Positions 49,024 to 58,637 of a stretch of 64,000 bases of DNA are shown here, in pieces. The notes beneath the pieces were generated by a model. That model was given only the letters and a program-made list of their open reading frames with translations, did no database searches and had not been told where the DNA came from. The stretch is from Candidatus Sungiibacteriota bacterium. Its GTDB lineage: Bacteria > Patescibacteriota > Minisyncoccia > Sungbacterales > SURF-37. Numbering within the stretch: position 1 is the first letter of the stretch; each line of letters opens with the position of its first letter. Made by a program: the position numbers and the translations under genes. Location: positions 8,053-72,052 of the forward strand of contig JACPMF010000010.1 of the NCBI GenBank assembly GCA_016186145.1, read 5' to 3'.

Positions 49024-49060
49024 CTTGCCGCCCCCCCTTCATCTTATAACTTCTCAAGTG

Positions 49061-49645
49061 TTAAAGAACTGATGCTTTATTGTTACTTAACAAAGAAATT
49101 CTATCAAGTAAAGTATATTCAGCCCCGGTAATTTTTAGCCGCGACTCCATAATGTCTATCGCCGAAACTTCAAGAGCAAGGGGCAGCTGCTCGAGAATTC
49201 TCGTCTTTTTTTCAATTTCCGCAAGACCGCCTTCTTCAAACCGAGCAAGCGTGATATGCGGATAAACTGCTCTCTCTTCTTTTTTAAATCCACCGACGCT
49301 TTTTTCCAGAACAATCCGCTCTTCAAAGCGGCGCTTCAGTTCAAGAAGCTTTTCCGAAGCCGCCCCAAAAAGCCAGATCATTCTCGCTTCCTGCCCCGGT
49401 GGAGCGAGCTCTATTGAATTGAATGGTATAGAAAAAGAATGAATTTTTCTTGCTTCCTCCAAAAGCAGCAATCGGACGGCCTCAAACTCCTGATCGGTCA
49501 CATAAAAAGGCGGCACCAATGTGATGTGCCAATTTTGCGGCGGCACCCAGCGAATCGGAAGCCACTGCCATCGCTTAACCGCCTCCGTGATTTTCTCGCG
49601 GAGTTCTTCGGAAAGTCCGGTTGCAATAAAAATTCTCCGGCGCAT
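49061..49645 (-). CDS. thpR: RNA 2',3'-cyclic phosphodiesterase
   Basis: RRIFIA; two HxT motifs (WHITL, PHITLAR). Confidence 0.92.
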   Translation of the reverse strand: MRRRIFIATGLSEELREKITEAVKRWQWLPIRWVPPQNWHITLVPPFYVTDQEFEAVRLLLLEEARKIHSFSIPFNSIELAPPGQEARMIWLFGAASEKLLELKRRFEERIVLEKSVGGFKKEERAVYPHITLARFEEGGLAEIEKKTRILEQLPLALEVSAIDIMESRLKITGAEYTLLDRISLLSNNKASVL

Positions 49646-49646
49646 A

Positions 49647-50348
49647 TCATTCGCCGTTTGAAAATTCGCGGAAACGACAAAATTCGCACTCGCTATGCGC
49701 CTTCGGCTCGCCATCCCTGACAATACGGACAACTTCTTCCAAAATTCCAAGACCGTTTTGAGGGCTTAGTTTTAATTTTACGAGCTCGGTGACAAAATCA
49801 GCAGAACTTTGCGCGTATTCTTTCGGCCAAAAAAACAACAGGTATCCGTATCCGGCAACCGGATAACCGTTCTTTTCAAAAAGCAAAGCGTAAAGATCAA
49901 GCTGGGTTTGATAGTGGGCCGCAGTGTCTTCTTTAAGCGGATAACCGCGGGTTTTAAAATCAATCGGAACAAATTCGCCCTTCTCGTTAATAAGCAAATC
50001 GTCAATCGCGCCTTTTAAAGTAAGGTCAAGTTCTGTAAACACGTAAGAAATTCCTTTCCAGTTGTTGCGCCATACGTCAAGAAACGCGCGATCAGTATAA
50101 AGCGTTTCCTTGCCCAAACCGCGAAGCTCCGGGGGTAATTCTTCTTTCTCCCGATATCCGTCAAAATAGGTTTTGAAAAGACGGTCAAATCCTCCGGGCA
50201 GGCTTGGAAATATCCCTGACGGCCGCTTCAATCCTTCGCGAAAATAAAGCCACAAACATCTCGGGCACTCGAGAAGCATGCCGATTTGCGAAGGAGAAAC
50301 GGTAATAGAAGATTTTGGAGTTGTTTTCGATCCCCTGTTTTTATACAT
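49647..50348 (-). CDS. PD-(D/E)XK nuclease family protein
   Basis: SPS, CPRC, GAIDD, IDFKT, QLDLY, CEFC. Confidence 0.9.
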   Translation of the reverse strand: MYKNRGSKTTPKSSITVSPSQIGMLLECPRCLWLYFREGLKRPSGIFPSLPGGFDRLFKTYFDGYREKEELPPELRGLGKETLYTDRAFLDVWRNNWKGISYVFTELDLTLKGAIDDLLINEKGEFVPIDFKTRGYPLKEDTAAHYQTQLDLYALLFEKNGYPVAGYGYLLFFWPKEYAQSSADFVTELVKLKLSPQNGLGILEEVVRIVRDGEPKAHSECEFCRFREFSNGE

Positions 50349-50486
50349 GCACCCGGATCATAACATGAACGCAAACTTTTCAGAAAAGCCAACCAAAAAG
50401 TTGACAAAACGGGAATAATTTGCTAAAACAAATTTTGTTCCTTGTAAATTAGGACATGCCAAAAAACAAAAGAAGGAGCGGGATTT

Positions 50487-51596
50487 ATGGAGCTCTTCTT
50501 GCTCCTCGTCATTCCTCTGCTTATCGCCTTGGGGGCGTTTTTGTGGAGTACTTTGAAGCGGGATCGCCGCTACATTATCAGTCTCAAAGAATTTCTGGTT
50601 ATGGTTGGGGTTGTAGTGTTTCTCATGCTCGTCGGTTACTTTATCTCCCGCTATGCGGCAACCTACGACAACGAGCTCTGGAACGGCCGCGTCGTCAATA
50701 AGCAACAAGAACGAGTGTCATGCGAACATTCCTATCCTTGCAATCCGCACCCATGCATGTGCGACGATAAAGGCAACTGCAGCACCTGCTGGGATACCTG
50801 CTATGAACATTCCTATGACTGGGATTGGGCGCTTTACACTTCAAACAGCGAACGGATCGAAATTAACCGAATTGACCGACAAGGAGTGAATGAACCCCCG
50901 CGATATACGAAAGCAAAGAGCGGCGACCCGACGGCGGTAATTCACGGCTATACGAACTACATAAAAGCAAATCCATGGTCAATCATGCGAAGAAGCGGCG
51001 CGATGGAGGAATTCAAAAACCTCATGCCGTCCTACCCTCTTAACATATACGACTACCATTATGTTGATCGCTTCATCGCGCTCGGTGTTACAATCCCTCC
51101 GGACGCTTCCCCGCTTTGGAACCGCGACCTCATGGAAGTAAACGCTGATCTTGGAAAGAAAAAACAGGTCAACATCATTTTTGTCGTTGTACCGACCGCT
51201 GACTCTTCTTATCTTCACGCCCTCGAAGAAGGATGGCTTGGAGGAAAAAAGAACGACCTCGTAGTCATCTTCGGTGTCGCCCGCTATCCGGAAGTCAGCT
51301 GGGTGCGAGTGATGTCGTGGACGCAGGCAGAAGAAGTCAAAATCGGCCTGCGTGATTCCCTCCAAGAGATCGGCTCCCTCGAAAGGCACGAGGAAATAAT
51401 TACCAAAACAAAAGAGCTGGTAGACAAACTCTTTGTCAGACGGCCCATGGCCGACTTCGAATACCTTATGGCAGGCGTCCGCCCGCCGCCATGGACACTG
51501 ATTACTCTTCTTATCGTCGGAATAGGAGTTTCTGTGGGGCTCGCCGTCTTTTTCTATAGGGAAGACCCGTTTGAAACTGGCAGAAAACACTGGTAA
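50487..51596 (+). CDS. Membrane protein with Cys/His-rich exported domain
   Basis: Two N-terminal TMs, SCEHSYPC..C.C....C..C..CYEH, WLGGKKNDLVV, C-terminal TM. Confidence 0.8.
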   Translation: MELFLLLVIPLLIALGAFLWSTLKRDRRYIISLKEFLVMVGVVVFLMLVGYFISRYAATYDNELWNGRVVNKQQERVSCEHSYPCNPHPCMCDDKGNCSTCWDTCYEHSYDWDWALYTSNSERIEINRIDRQGVNEPPRYTKAKSGDPTAVIHGYTNYIKANPWSIMRRSGAMEEFKNLMPSYPLNIYDYHYVDRFIALGVTIPPDASPLWNRDLMEVNADLGKKKQVNIIFVVVPTADSSYLHALEEGWLGGKKNDLVVIFGVARYPEVSWVRVMSWTQAEEVKIGLRDSLQEIGSLERHEEIITKTKELVDKLFVRRPMADFEYLMAGVRPPPWTLITLLIVGIGVSVGLAVFFYREDPFETGRKHW

Positions 51597-51639
51597 CGCG
51601 ATAAACTGCAAAAACCCCGAACGGGAAAGGAGAGGTCAC

Positions 51640-52209
51640 ATGAGTAAAGGGCTCGTAATCACCGTTGCTGTTCTTGCGGTATTGGGTGTATTGGTTCTCG
51701 CCGTCGTCGGTTCGCTTATCGGCTTCAATAACACCGCTGTTCGCATGGAAGCGGGCGTTAAGGCGCAGTACGAACAGAACCGAAATAACTACGACAACTA
51801 CTGGAAGAAGCTGAAAGAAATCGCACAGGTTCCCGCAATGTATGTTGACGATATGAAAAAGCTTTGGGACGGCGTCATGACGGGCCGTTACGGAAAAGAA
51901 GGTTCCCGGGCAATGTTCCAGTGGATCCAGGAACGGAACCCCAAGCTTGACCCCTCGCTTTACCGAAAAATCCAGGATGTCGTCGAAGCCGGCCGCAATA
52001 GCTTCGAGGCAGATCAAAAAATGCTGATCGACAAAAAACGCGAATACTTCGACACCTACCTCAAGACTTTCCCGAATAGCGCGCTTGCCGGACTCCTCGG
52101 CTTTCCGAAAATCAACCCTGCAGACTACGCAATTGTCACTTCGGAAGAGACGGAAGAAGTGTTCAAAAGCAAAAAGTCGAAACCGCTGAAACTCCGAGAC
52201 GAAAACTAA
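51640..52209 (+). CDS. LemA-like protein
   Basis: N-terminal TM, helical body, KTFPNSALAGLLGF tail. Confidence 0.7.
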   Translation: MSKGLVITVAVLAVLGVLVLAVVGSLIGFNNTAVRMEAGVKAQYEQNRNNYDNYWKKLKEIAQVPAMYVDDMKKLWDGVMTGRYGKEGSRAMFQWIQERNPKLDPSLYRKIQDVVEAGRNSFEADQKMLIDKKREYFDTYLKTFPNSALAGLLGFPKINPADYAIVTSEETEEVFKSKKSKPLKLRDEN

Positions 52210-52225
52210 AAGAGCTTAAAAATCG

Positions 52226-52282
52226 AGATGCCGCATGCGCGGCATTTTTTCTTATATAAAAAGCGGCCTTCAGGCCGCTTTC
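52226..52282. terminator. Tandem terminators between convergent genes
   Basis: atgccgc-atgc-gcggcatttttt and aaagcggcc-ttca-ggccgcttt. Confidence 0.75.
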
Positions 52283-53122
52283 TTAATTTTCCCCGACGCG
52301 CATTTTCATTTTGACAGGATGAGCGCCTCGAACCAAAGAACTGGTAGAAATATAATGGACCCCGGTTTCAGCAATCAAGCGAAGATCCTTATCGCCTATG
52401 CCGGATGCTTCGAAAATAATTTTGTCACCGTACTTTTGTACCGCTTCAGCCATCATTTTCAAACTCATATTGTCGAGAAGCACGTGGCTGACCCTGCCGT
52501 CGGCTACGACAACCTCAAGCTCCTCAAAAGTTTCCACTTCGATCTCGACGCTGACCAAATGCGACTTTGCCAGGAAAGCGCGGTCAATCGCTTTTTTAAT
52601 CCAGCCGTCGATCTGAATATCTTCTTTCTTGATAAGAATCCCATCATATCTTCCAAACCGGTGATTGGTTCCGCCGCCGACCCTTACAGCATACTTTTCA
52701 AACACGCGAAGGCCGGGCGTAGTTTTTCTCGTATCAAGAAGTTTCGCAGGCAAACCCTTGATTTCATCGACCGCTTTTCGCGTATGCGCGGCAATTCCGG
52801 AAAGGTGCTGGAGAAGATTCAAAACCGTACGGATACCGTGGCGAAGTGTTTCAACCTCAATGTCAATTCTGGCAACGATATTTCCTGAAGAGAAAGCCCT
52901 TCCTTCTTCAAGTAAAAAGATCGCTCGCGGCTTCTGAACGCCGTCGGGAGTAATAAGCGAAAAGGCTGGAACAATCAATTTCCCTCCGCACATAACTCCC
53001 GGTTCTTCCGCAATGATTCTCGCGCTAACGAAACGCAGCGAATCGTTCGACTCAACCGCAACAGGTCCAATATCTTCCGCCAAAAATTCTTCAAGCTTTC
53101 GACGAACGAAAATCTCGTTCAT
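52283..53122 (-). CDS. nadC: Nicotinate-nucleotide pyrophosphorylase (quinolinate phosphoribosyltransferase)
   Basis: LSGIA, LDTRKTTPGLR..EKYAV..GGG.NHR, EIEVE, LLDNM, EASG. Confidence 0.96.
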   Translation of the reverse strand: MNEIFVRRKLEEFLAEDIGPVAVESNDSLRFVSARIIAEEPGVMCGGKLIVPAFSLITPDGVQKPRAIFLLEEGRAFSSGNIVARIDIEVETLRHGIRTVLNLLQHLSGIAAHTRKAVDEIKGLPAKLLDTRKTTPGLRVFEKYAVRVGGGTNHRFGRYDGILIKKEDIQIDGWIKKAIDRAFLAKSHLVSVEIEVETFEELEVVVADGRVSHVLLDNMSLKMMAEAVQKYGDKIIFEASGIGDKDLRLIAETGVHYISTSSLVRGAHPVKMKMRVGEN

Positions 53123-53137
53123 TTCAGATCCCCTTTC

Positions 53138-54238
53138 TTAGACGATCCGAAGCATTCGCTCAATCGGAACGCGCGCCCTTTTCGCAAGCTCTACATCAAC
53201 GGTAATTTCGTGCTTGAGATCGCGAAGCGACTCATAAACCTTCCGAAGCGTATTCTGTTTCATGAAGGGACAGATCGCTTCACGGCTTGCCGGAATAAAA
53301 GTTTTTCCCGGAGCGGCTTTTGACATCGGATAAATATTACCGACTTCGGTAGCAACAATAATCTTTTCGGCATCCGTCTCCCGTGCAAACTTAATCATTC
53401 CCTGCGTTGATAAAAACCGCATCCGGCCTTCGGAACTGTTCATCAACGGCACGAGACACGCTGACTGGCAGCCGCACTCCATGTGCCCTGCAACAACCGC
53501 ATCGGGATGCTTGGCGAGCTCCTCCTGCAAATGCTGCGGACGAATCCGTTCGTGAACGTGGCACGCGCCCATCATCAACCATAACCGGTCAACCGACTGC
53601 CCCATCCCCAAAAGCATCTTTGCCGCGTAAAGTCCGAGAAAAACATCCGGGCCAAAAAGCACGGGGCCGTCGTGATTTTCAAACACGTATTTGATCACCT
53701 GCGGGGAATTTGCCGAAGCGCAGCAATAATCGCTTTCCGCCTTTACGTCAACATACGTATTCACGTAACTTACCACCACCCCATCGGGATGTTCTTTCTT
53801 CCAAGCGCGGATTTTCCCCGCATCCGCGTGCGAAGCTAAAGAACAAAGCGCTCTCAAATCAGGGGCAAGCACTTTCTGGTGCGGCTTTTTCATAACCGCA
53901 AGAATCTGGTTCATAAAAAGAACCGCCGCCTCAACCAAAACGTCCGCATCCGGCGCAACGCCCTTTTGCGCGAGAAATAAAGAATCGCCGACAGCATCCG
54001 CCACATCCTGAACGTCAGGCGGCATGTAATTATGCGCAAGCACCAAAGCGTTCCGTTCCCGCTTCAAACGCACGATTTCTTCGCAGAACCACTGCCGCTC
54101 TTCAGAAGAAATATTTTCAGGGAATGCGTCAGCAGGAACTTCCGGAATTTCATTTGGCGGGCCGAGGTCAGTTGTATCGATAGCCGCGATTGCTTCTCGC
54201 GCAGGGAGAATGTCTCCGGAAAGAACCTCACGAACCAT
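53138..54238 (-). CDS. nadA: Quinolinate synthase
   Basis: LAHNY, GDS, CSLA, YVNT, ACHVH, TEVG, CPFMK (three Fe-S cysteines). Confidence 0.96.
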   Translation of the reverse strand: MVREVLSGDILPAREAIAAIDTTDLGPPNEIPEVPADAFPENISSEERQWFCEEIVRLKRERNALVLAHNYMPPDVQDVADAVGDSLFLAQKGVAPDADVLVEAAVLFMNQILAVMKKPHQKVLAPDLRALCSLASHADAGKIRAWKKEHPDGVVVSYVNTYVDVKAESDYCCASANSPQVIKYVFENHDGPVLFGPDVFLGLYAAKMLLGMGQSVDRLWLMMGACHVHERIRPQHLQEELAKHPDAVVAGHMECGCQSACLVPLMNSSEGRMRFLSTQGMIKFARETDAEKIIVATEVGNIYPMSKAAPGKTFIPASREAICPFMKQNTLRKVYESLRDLKHEITVDVELAKRARVPIERMLRIV

Positions 54239-55637
54239 TACGAACCCCCCTTTCTTTCAAAAAACTTTCTACAAGTTCGATATCCTCGATAGCATTACCC
54301 ATACAACTTGATGCGCCGGGAGAAGGCGTTACATTGCAAATTACCGGATTATCCGAATCACCGACAAACTTACCGAGACCCATTTCCAGCTTCCTGGTCT
54401 TGAGGTTCAAAAGCTGGGGCCTGATACCGCCCATTCCCCTTCCGAAGTGCAGGTCGCGAAACCGCATCGTCGGAATGACCTTCTGCGCTCCCCACTTGAG
54501 AAAAAACCATTTTCCAAGAATTGGAAAGTTATATAAAATGTTCTTCAGCTCAAAACGGGACAGCCTCGGATCGCCGAGGACTCGCAAAAGCGTCAAAAAA
54601 TAATCCCACGGCCGGAGCATTCCCATTTTCATAAAATCCACGATGGTCGAAAAATGATGGCGTTCAAAGAACGGAAGCACAATCGCAGTCGGCCCGATCC
54701 GCGTTTCATTTTCATTATAGACCGCGCGATCCGCATGAGGCGCTGCAAAAGGAATGTTTTCGTCCTGGACCGTATAAACCTTTCCGTTCAGAAACTTCTC
54801 CGTCGTGTAGTGGAAACTCCCCGCGACAGGCAGAATCGCGTACTCTTCCGCAGGAAGACCGTTTTCCGCATGGCGGACGCCGAGACGCTTCGCAAACATC
54901 AAACTATAAGGCCCGGCAGAAATCACAAGGGTTTTTGCCCGGAATACGCCTCGGTTAGTCTTTACAAGGTAAGTATTGTCTGCATCGCGCTCAATGCCAA
55001 AAACCTTAGTGCGAAAGAACGCATGAAATTCCTTACCATTTGCTTTCGCCTCTTTATCGCCTTCCCGAACAAACGATTCGGCAAGCTGGGCGTAATCTAC
55101 CGCATGCCCCTTGCTATACAGCGCATAAAGATGTTTCTTCTCATCTTCATTTCTTCCTTCAACGACTTTCGGCTCAATCGCCGCAATCTCCTGCCATCCA
55201 ATAAGTTCAAGATCAGGATAATGGGGTTTCAGCATCTTGAATCTCATCCGCAGAAGGTTTGCCTCCTCCACATTCGTGCTAATGACCATAGCCGGCAACT
55301 CAACATACGCGCCGTGCCCGCGCTCCTTCAGGTAAGCGACAAGATACTTATAAAACGCATGCATCCGCAAGGCCTTCGGAAGAGAAAAGTTTGTTTCCTT
55401 GTCTCCGCGATGGGCGGTTTCGGCATTCGCAAGCACATTCGAATTAACCTGTGCTACGGCATGATGCTTTTCAAGGAGTGCGGCGCTCCGTATTTCAAAC
55501 GAAAGAGCCGCTCGGAAATAAACTGCCGTCCCCACCACTCCGCCGCCGATAATCACGAGGTCATAAGCATCGCCATCGCTTCTCATGCCGATAGCTCCTT
55601 TCGCGCTATTGATAAGCGTAAAAGCGGCGTTTTTCAT
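54228..55637 (-). CDS. FAD-dependent oxidoreductase, malate:quinone oxidoreductase (Helicobacter-type)/L2HGDH family
   Basis: IIGGGVVG, NSNVLANAETAHRGDKETN, PFAAPHAD, GGIRPQL, NVTPSPGASSC. Confidence 0.85.
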   Translation of the reverse strand: MKNAAFTLINSAKGAIGMRSDGDAYDLVIIGGGVVGTAVYFRAALSFEIRSAALLEKHHAVAQVNSNVLANAETAHRGDKETNFSLPKALRMHAFYKYLVAYLKERGHGAYVELPAMVISTNVEEANLLRMRFKMLKPHYPDLELIGWQEIAAIEPKVVEGRNEDEKKHLYALYSKGHAVDYAQLAESFVREGDKEAKANGKEFHAFFRTKVFGIERDADNTYLVKTNRGVFRAKTLVISAGPYSLMFAKRLGVRHAENGLPAEEYAILPVAGSFHYTTEKFLNGKVYTVQDENIPFAAPHADRAVYNENETRIGPTAIVLPFFERHHFSTIVDFMKMGMLRPWDYFLTLLRVLGDPRLSRFELKNILYNFPILGKWFFLKWGAQKVIPTMRFRDLHFGRGMGGIRPQLLNLKTRKLEMGLGKFVGDSDNPVICNVTPSPGASSCMGNAIEDIELVESFLKERGVRNGS

Positions 55638-55672
55638 GATCCCTCCCCCTTCTTCAAATTTCAAGGAACTAC

Positions 55673-55727
55673 TTAGTGTACTTTTTACACTATACGCATG
55701 GTAACAAAACCGCTTTCGGTTTGTCAA
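55673..55727 (-). promoter_or_regulatory. Sigma70 promoter with NrtR-like operator
   Basis: Minus strand TTGACA-N18-TACCAT; palindrome TAGTGTA-N5-TACACTA (GT-N7-AC core) at 55673-55693. Confidence 0.7.
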
Positions 55728-55757
55728 GTAGTTTTCACCGTGCTACGCTTAAATGGC

Positions 55758-56630
55758 ATGTCGAAAACACCATTCAAAAAAATTGCTTTTTATTACCGGC
55801 AAGACATACGGAATGCCGCGTTTTGGACAAAACGTCTTACGCAATGGATAACGCGCCATTATCCAAAAACGGCAATTCTCCCCCCGAACGCGGTTCCGAA
55901 AAGACGAAAAGAGGCGCCCGGTGTGCTTTTCGTTCTCGGCGGCGATGGTACCATCCTTGAGGCCGCACAAAAGTTTCTCAAATGGAACCCTTTAATCATG
56001 GGGCTTAATCTCGGGCATGTCGGCTTTCTTGCGTCAGTGCGAAACCAAAATCATTTTATTAACGGAGTTAGCAAAGTATTTTCGAAAAAGTACAGAGTTC
56101 TCCCCAGGATGCTGATACGCGGAACCCTTTTTCGGAAAGGCAAAAAAATATTCTCGCAAGACGCCCTGAACGAAGTAACGGTGCAAAATCTCTCGGGCCT
56201 TGTTGACATTACGGTGTTTGTCGACGGCCATCCGGTACAAAAAATCCACGGAAGCGGGGTTCTCGCCTCCACCGCAACAGGATCAACCGCTTACAATATG
56301 TCCGCCCATGGCCCGATTGTAATGCCGGACATCAAATGCTTTGTCATTACCGAACTTTTCGACCACAACATACCAACACCAAGCTTGGTAATCAAGCGAA
56401 ACCGGACAATCACCATACAAATCGGGGACTTCCGAAAGCGCGGACAGTTTTCCATTAAAAAGACCGGGGAGCCCGCAGATGCCGTTTTGTTCGTTGGGTC
56501 TTGGGAAATTATCGCCCTCCAAAAAGGGGATATTATTCGCATCGAAAAATCAAGCCGCCTTATCAGGTTTATAGAGCTCGAAAAAAATTATTTCTTCAAA
56601 AGTCTGCAGGAAAAATTCGCCTTTCGGTAA
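55758..56630 (+). CDS. ppnK: NAD kinase
   Basis: LGGDGTIL, NLGHVGFL, ALNE, TATGSTAYNMSAHGP. Confidence 0.96.
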   Translation: MSKTPFKKIAFYYRQDIRNAAFWTKRLTQWITRHYPKTAILPPNAVPKRRKEAPGVLFVLGGDGTILEAAQKFLKWNPLIMGLNLGHVGFLASVRNQNHFINGVSKVFSKKYRVLPRMLIRGTLFRKGKKIFSQDALNEVTVQNLSGLVDITVFVDGHPVQKIHGSGVLASTATGSTAYNMSAHGPIVMPDIKCFVITELFDHNIPTPSLVIKRNRTITIQIGDFRKRGQFSIKKTGEPADAVLFVGSWEIIALQKGDIIRIEKSSRLIRFIELEKNYFFKSLQEKFAFR

Positions 56631-56779
56631 ACCCAGATTCGGAAGAGCTTCGCAACCTCATATTCTTTCCCGATGGACACGTACGATACTATTGGCAGTA
56701 TCCCGGCTCAATTATCTTCTAAGGATGTTGCTTATAAGCAAAACAAAACCGGCTGAAATTCAGTCGGTTATATTTTAGT

Positions 56780-57442
56780 TTATCGTATTGTTGCGCACCT
56801 TGAAGACGGCTGCGGTCTTTGTTGCACGCGAGGAATTCTCATAACCATGGAATCGTACGGCTCAAAAGAAATTTCTGCTCCGGCCCTCATCATTTCCATC
56901 ACCGCGCGGCGACTGTCCCCTTCGTTACGTTCAACGCCGCGGCAGCAATTTATCAAAACCCTGGTTTTGTAACCGATCAAACACGCATCAAGAACCGTCG
57001 CCTTTACGCAATAATCGGTGGCAAGACCGGCAACATACAAAAGCTCGACACCGCGGAAAGGAAGCGTTTGACGAAGCGTCATTGAAAACTGATCACGGCC
57101 ATCGAATGCAGAATAACCGTCTACTTCGCGCGACAACCCGGATACGGCGCAGCCTTTAGAAAAAATACGAAGCTCCTCGGGAAGATACAATTCAGGATAA
57201 AATCGAGCGCCCTCGGTATTTTGAATGCAGTGCGCCGGCCACTGGCCCCCGAACTCCACAAAATGTCGCGAATTCCTTGGATGCCAGTCTCTTGAGGCAC
57301 AGATAAACCACTTCTCATGTATGGCTCGAGCAACCACGCAATTTAACGGCTCAATAACCCTGTCGCCATCCGGCACGGGAAGCGCGCCGCCAGGGCAAAA
57401 ATCATTCTGCACATCCACGATCAAAAGCGCGGTTTTTGCCAT
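56780..57442 (-). CDS. pncA: Nicotinamidase/pyrazinamidase
   Basis: VDVQNDFCPGGAL, DWH, WPAHC, YSAF, GLATDYCV. Confidence 0.96.
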   Translation of the reverse strand: MAKTALLIVDVQNDFCPGGALPVPDGDRVIEPLNCVVARAIHEKWFICASRDWHPRNSRHFVEFGGQWPAHCIQNTEGARFYPELYLPEELRIFSKGCAVSGLSREVDGYSAFDGRDQFSMTLRQTLPFRGVELLYVAGLATDYCVKATVLDACLIGYKTRVLINCCRGVERNEGDSRRAVMEMMRAGAEISFEPYDSMVMRIPRVQQRPQPSSRCATIR

Positions 57443-57573
57443 TACCTCCCCTTTCTTCACAAACAAAAAAATTACAAAAGAACAAAAAGTAGTATATGTT
57501 TTGCGGCCCAAAAAGTCAAATCAAAAACCCCGCGTCATTTAATAACACGGGGTCTTACCTCTTCGTTTTAATT

Positions 57574-57963
57574 CTATGAAAACTTTTTAAACCACTTGGT
57601 CGCAAAAATTTTAACTTGATATTCCGGACCGGCGGCCTGTCCCGCCCTTGCTTTTACTTCGTCGTAATCTTTCCAACCCCCTATCCGTGTATAAACCAAT
57701 TTTTTACCCCCCTCTATTTTTTGAATGCCCATCCAAACATCGGGAGATTTCCCGGCCTCAAACTCGTTTAACTCTGTAATTGCTTCAAATGGACCTTCTC
57801 CAACATTTTGGGGCAAACCTTTTTTAACTGCCTCCTCTGACCATGTCACGGTATCCCCGAGCAAAAAATCCTCTTTTCCACGCCATTCCTTTCCGAATTT
57901 ATCCGCCAGTTCTTTCCCATAACCTGAAAACATTGACGGCTCCCCTTCTCTTCGTGGTCTCAT
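57574..57963 (-). CDS. Hypothetical protein
   Basis: 129-aa ORF. Confidence 0.65.
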   Translation of the reverse strand: MRPRREGEPSMFSGYGKELADKFGKEWRGKEDFLLGDTVTWSEEAVKKGLPQNVGEGPFEAITELNEFEAGKSPDVWMGIQKIEGGKKLVYTRIGGWKDYDEVKARAGQAAGPEYQVKIFATKWFKKFS

Positions 57964-58050
57964 ATATATAAACCCGTGTAAAAAAGTCTATACTTGCTAA
58001 CTCTTTAGCAAAGAGTAGTTTCTTACATAAAGAATTTAATTATTTATTAC

Positions 58051-58560
58051 CTATTTCGAAAATCCTGATAATGCTTCAAAAAGTACGATTTGAAGAATCT
58101 TGCTATTTGCGTTTAATATCAACTTTATATGTTTTGCCAAGTCACCATCTTTATCCAGAAGGCCTTGAACCTCTCTATTTGAATTTAACTGATGCCAAAG
58201 AGTTTCCGGCATACTTTCTAATTTCTCCGTTCGTTCCCGTTCTTCCATATCTTCTAACTCGACTTTGAACTTTTCGGCCAAAGAGTTATATTCTCTCTCG
58301 ATGTGTCTCATCAACTTTGTATAGGCATCGGCTCCTATTTTATCCTTGAGTTCTTTTGTTAAATTAGTAAATTCAATTAACGCCTTCGCGGCTTCAGGAC
58401 TGAATCTACGCATAGTGTCGACAAACTGAAAAGCTTTTTCGTAATCTTCTCCCAAAGGGCGACTTCGGCCTTCTACATGAGCTTTTTGTTCTGCGACGTG
58501 TCTCACCGCCTGAGCCTCTTCTGCGGCTTCTTCAAAGGGTAACTTTTTTCTCCCGAACAT
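58051..58560 (-). CDS. Hypothetical helical protein
   Basis: 169-aa ORF. Confidence 0.7.
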   Translation of the reverse strand: MFGRKKLPFEEAAEEAQAVRHVAEQKAHVEGRSRPLGEDYEKAFQFVDTMRRFSPEAAKALIEFTNLTKELKDKIGADAYTKLMRHIEREYNSLAEKFKVELEDMEERERTEKLESMPETLWHQLNSNREVQGLLDKDGDLAKHIKLILNANSKILQIVLFEALSGFSK

Positions 58561-58637
58561 ATGAATTTAATGTAATTAAAATTGTCTTAGCTATTAACGA
58601 TAATAGCGTAAATCCTTATAAAAATAAACGATCCTAT

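Noticed and set aside
54654-55676. 340-aa plus-strand ORF and similar long antisense ORFs (7651-8265, 9665-10357, 27912-28601, 61692-62426)
   Set aside because: Shadows of well-supported genes on the opposite strand, without recognisable motifs.
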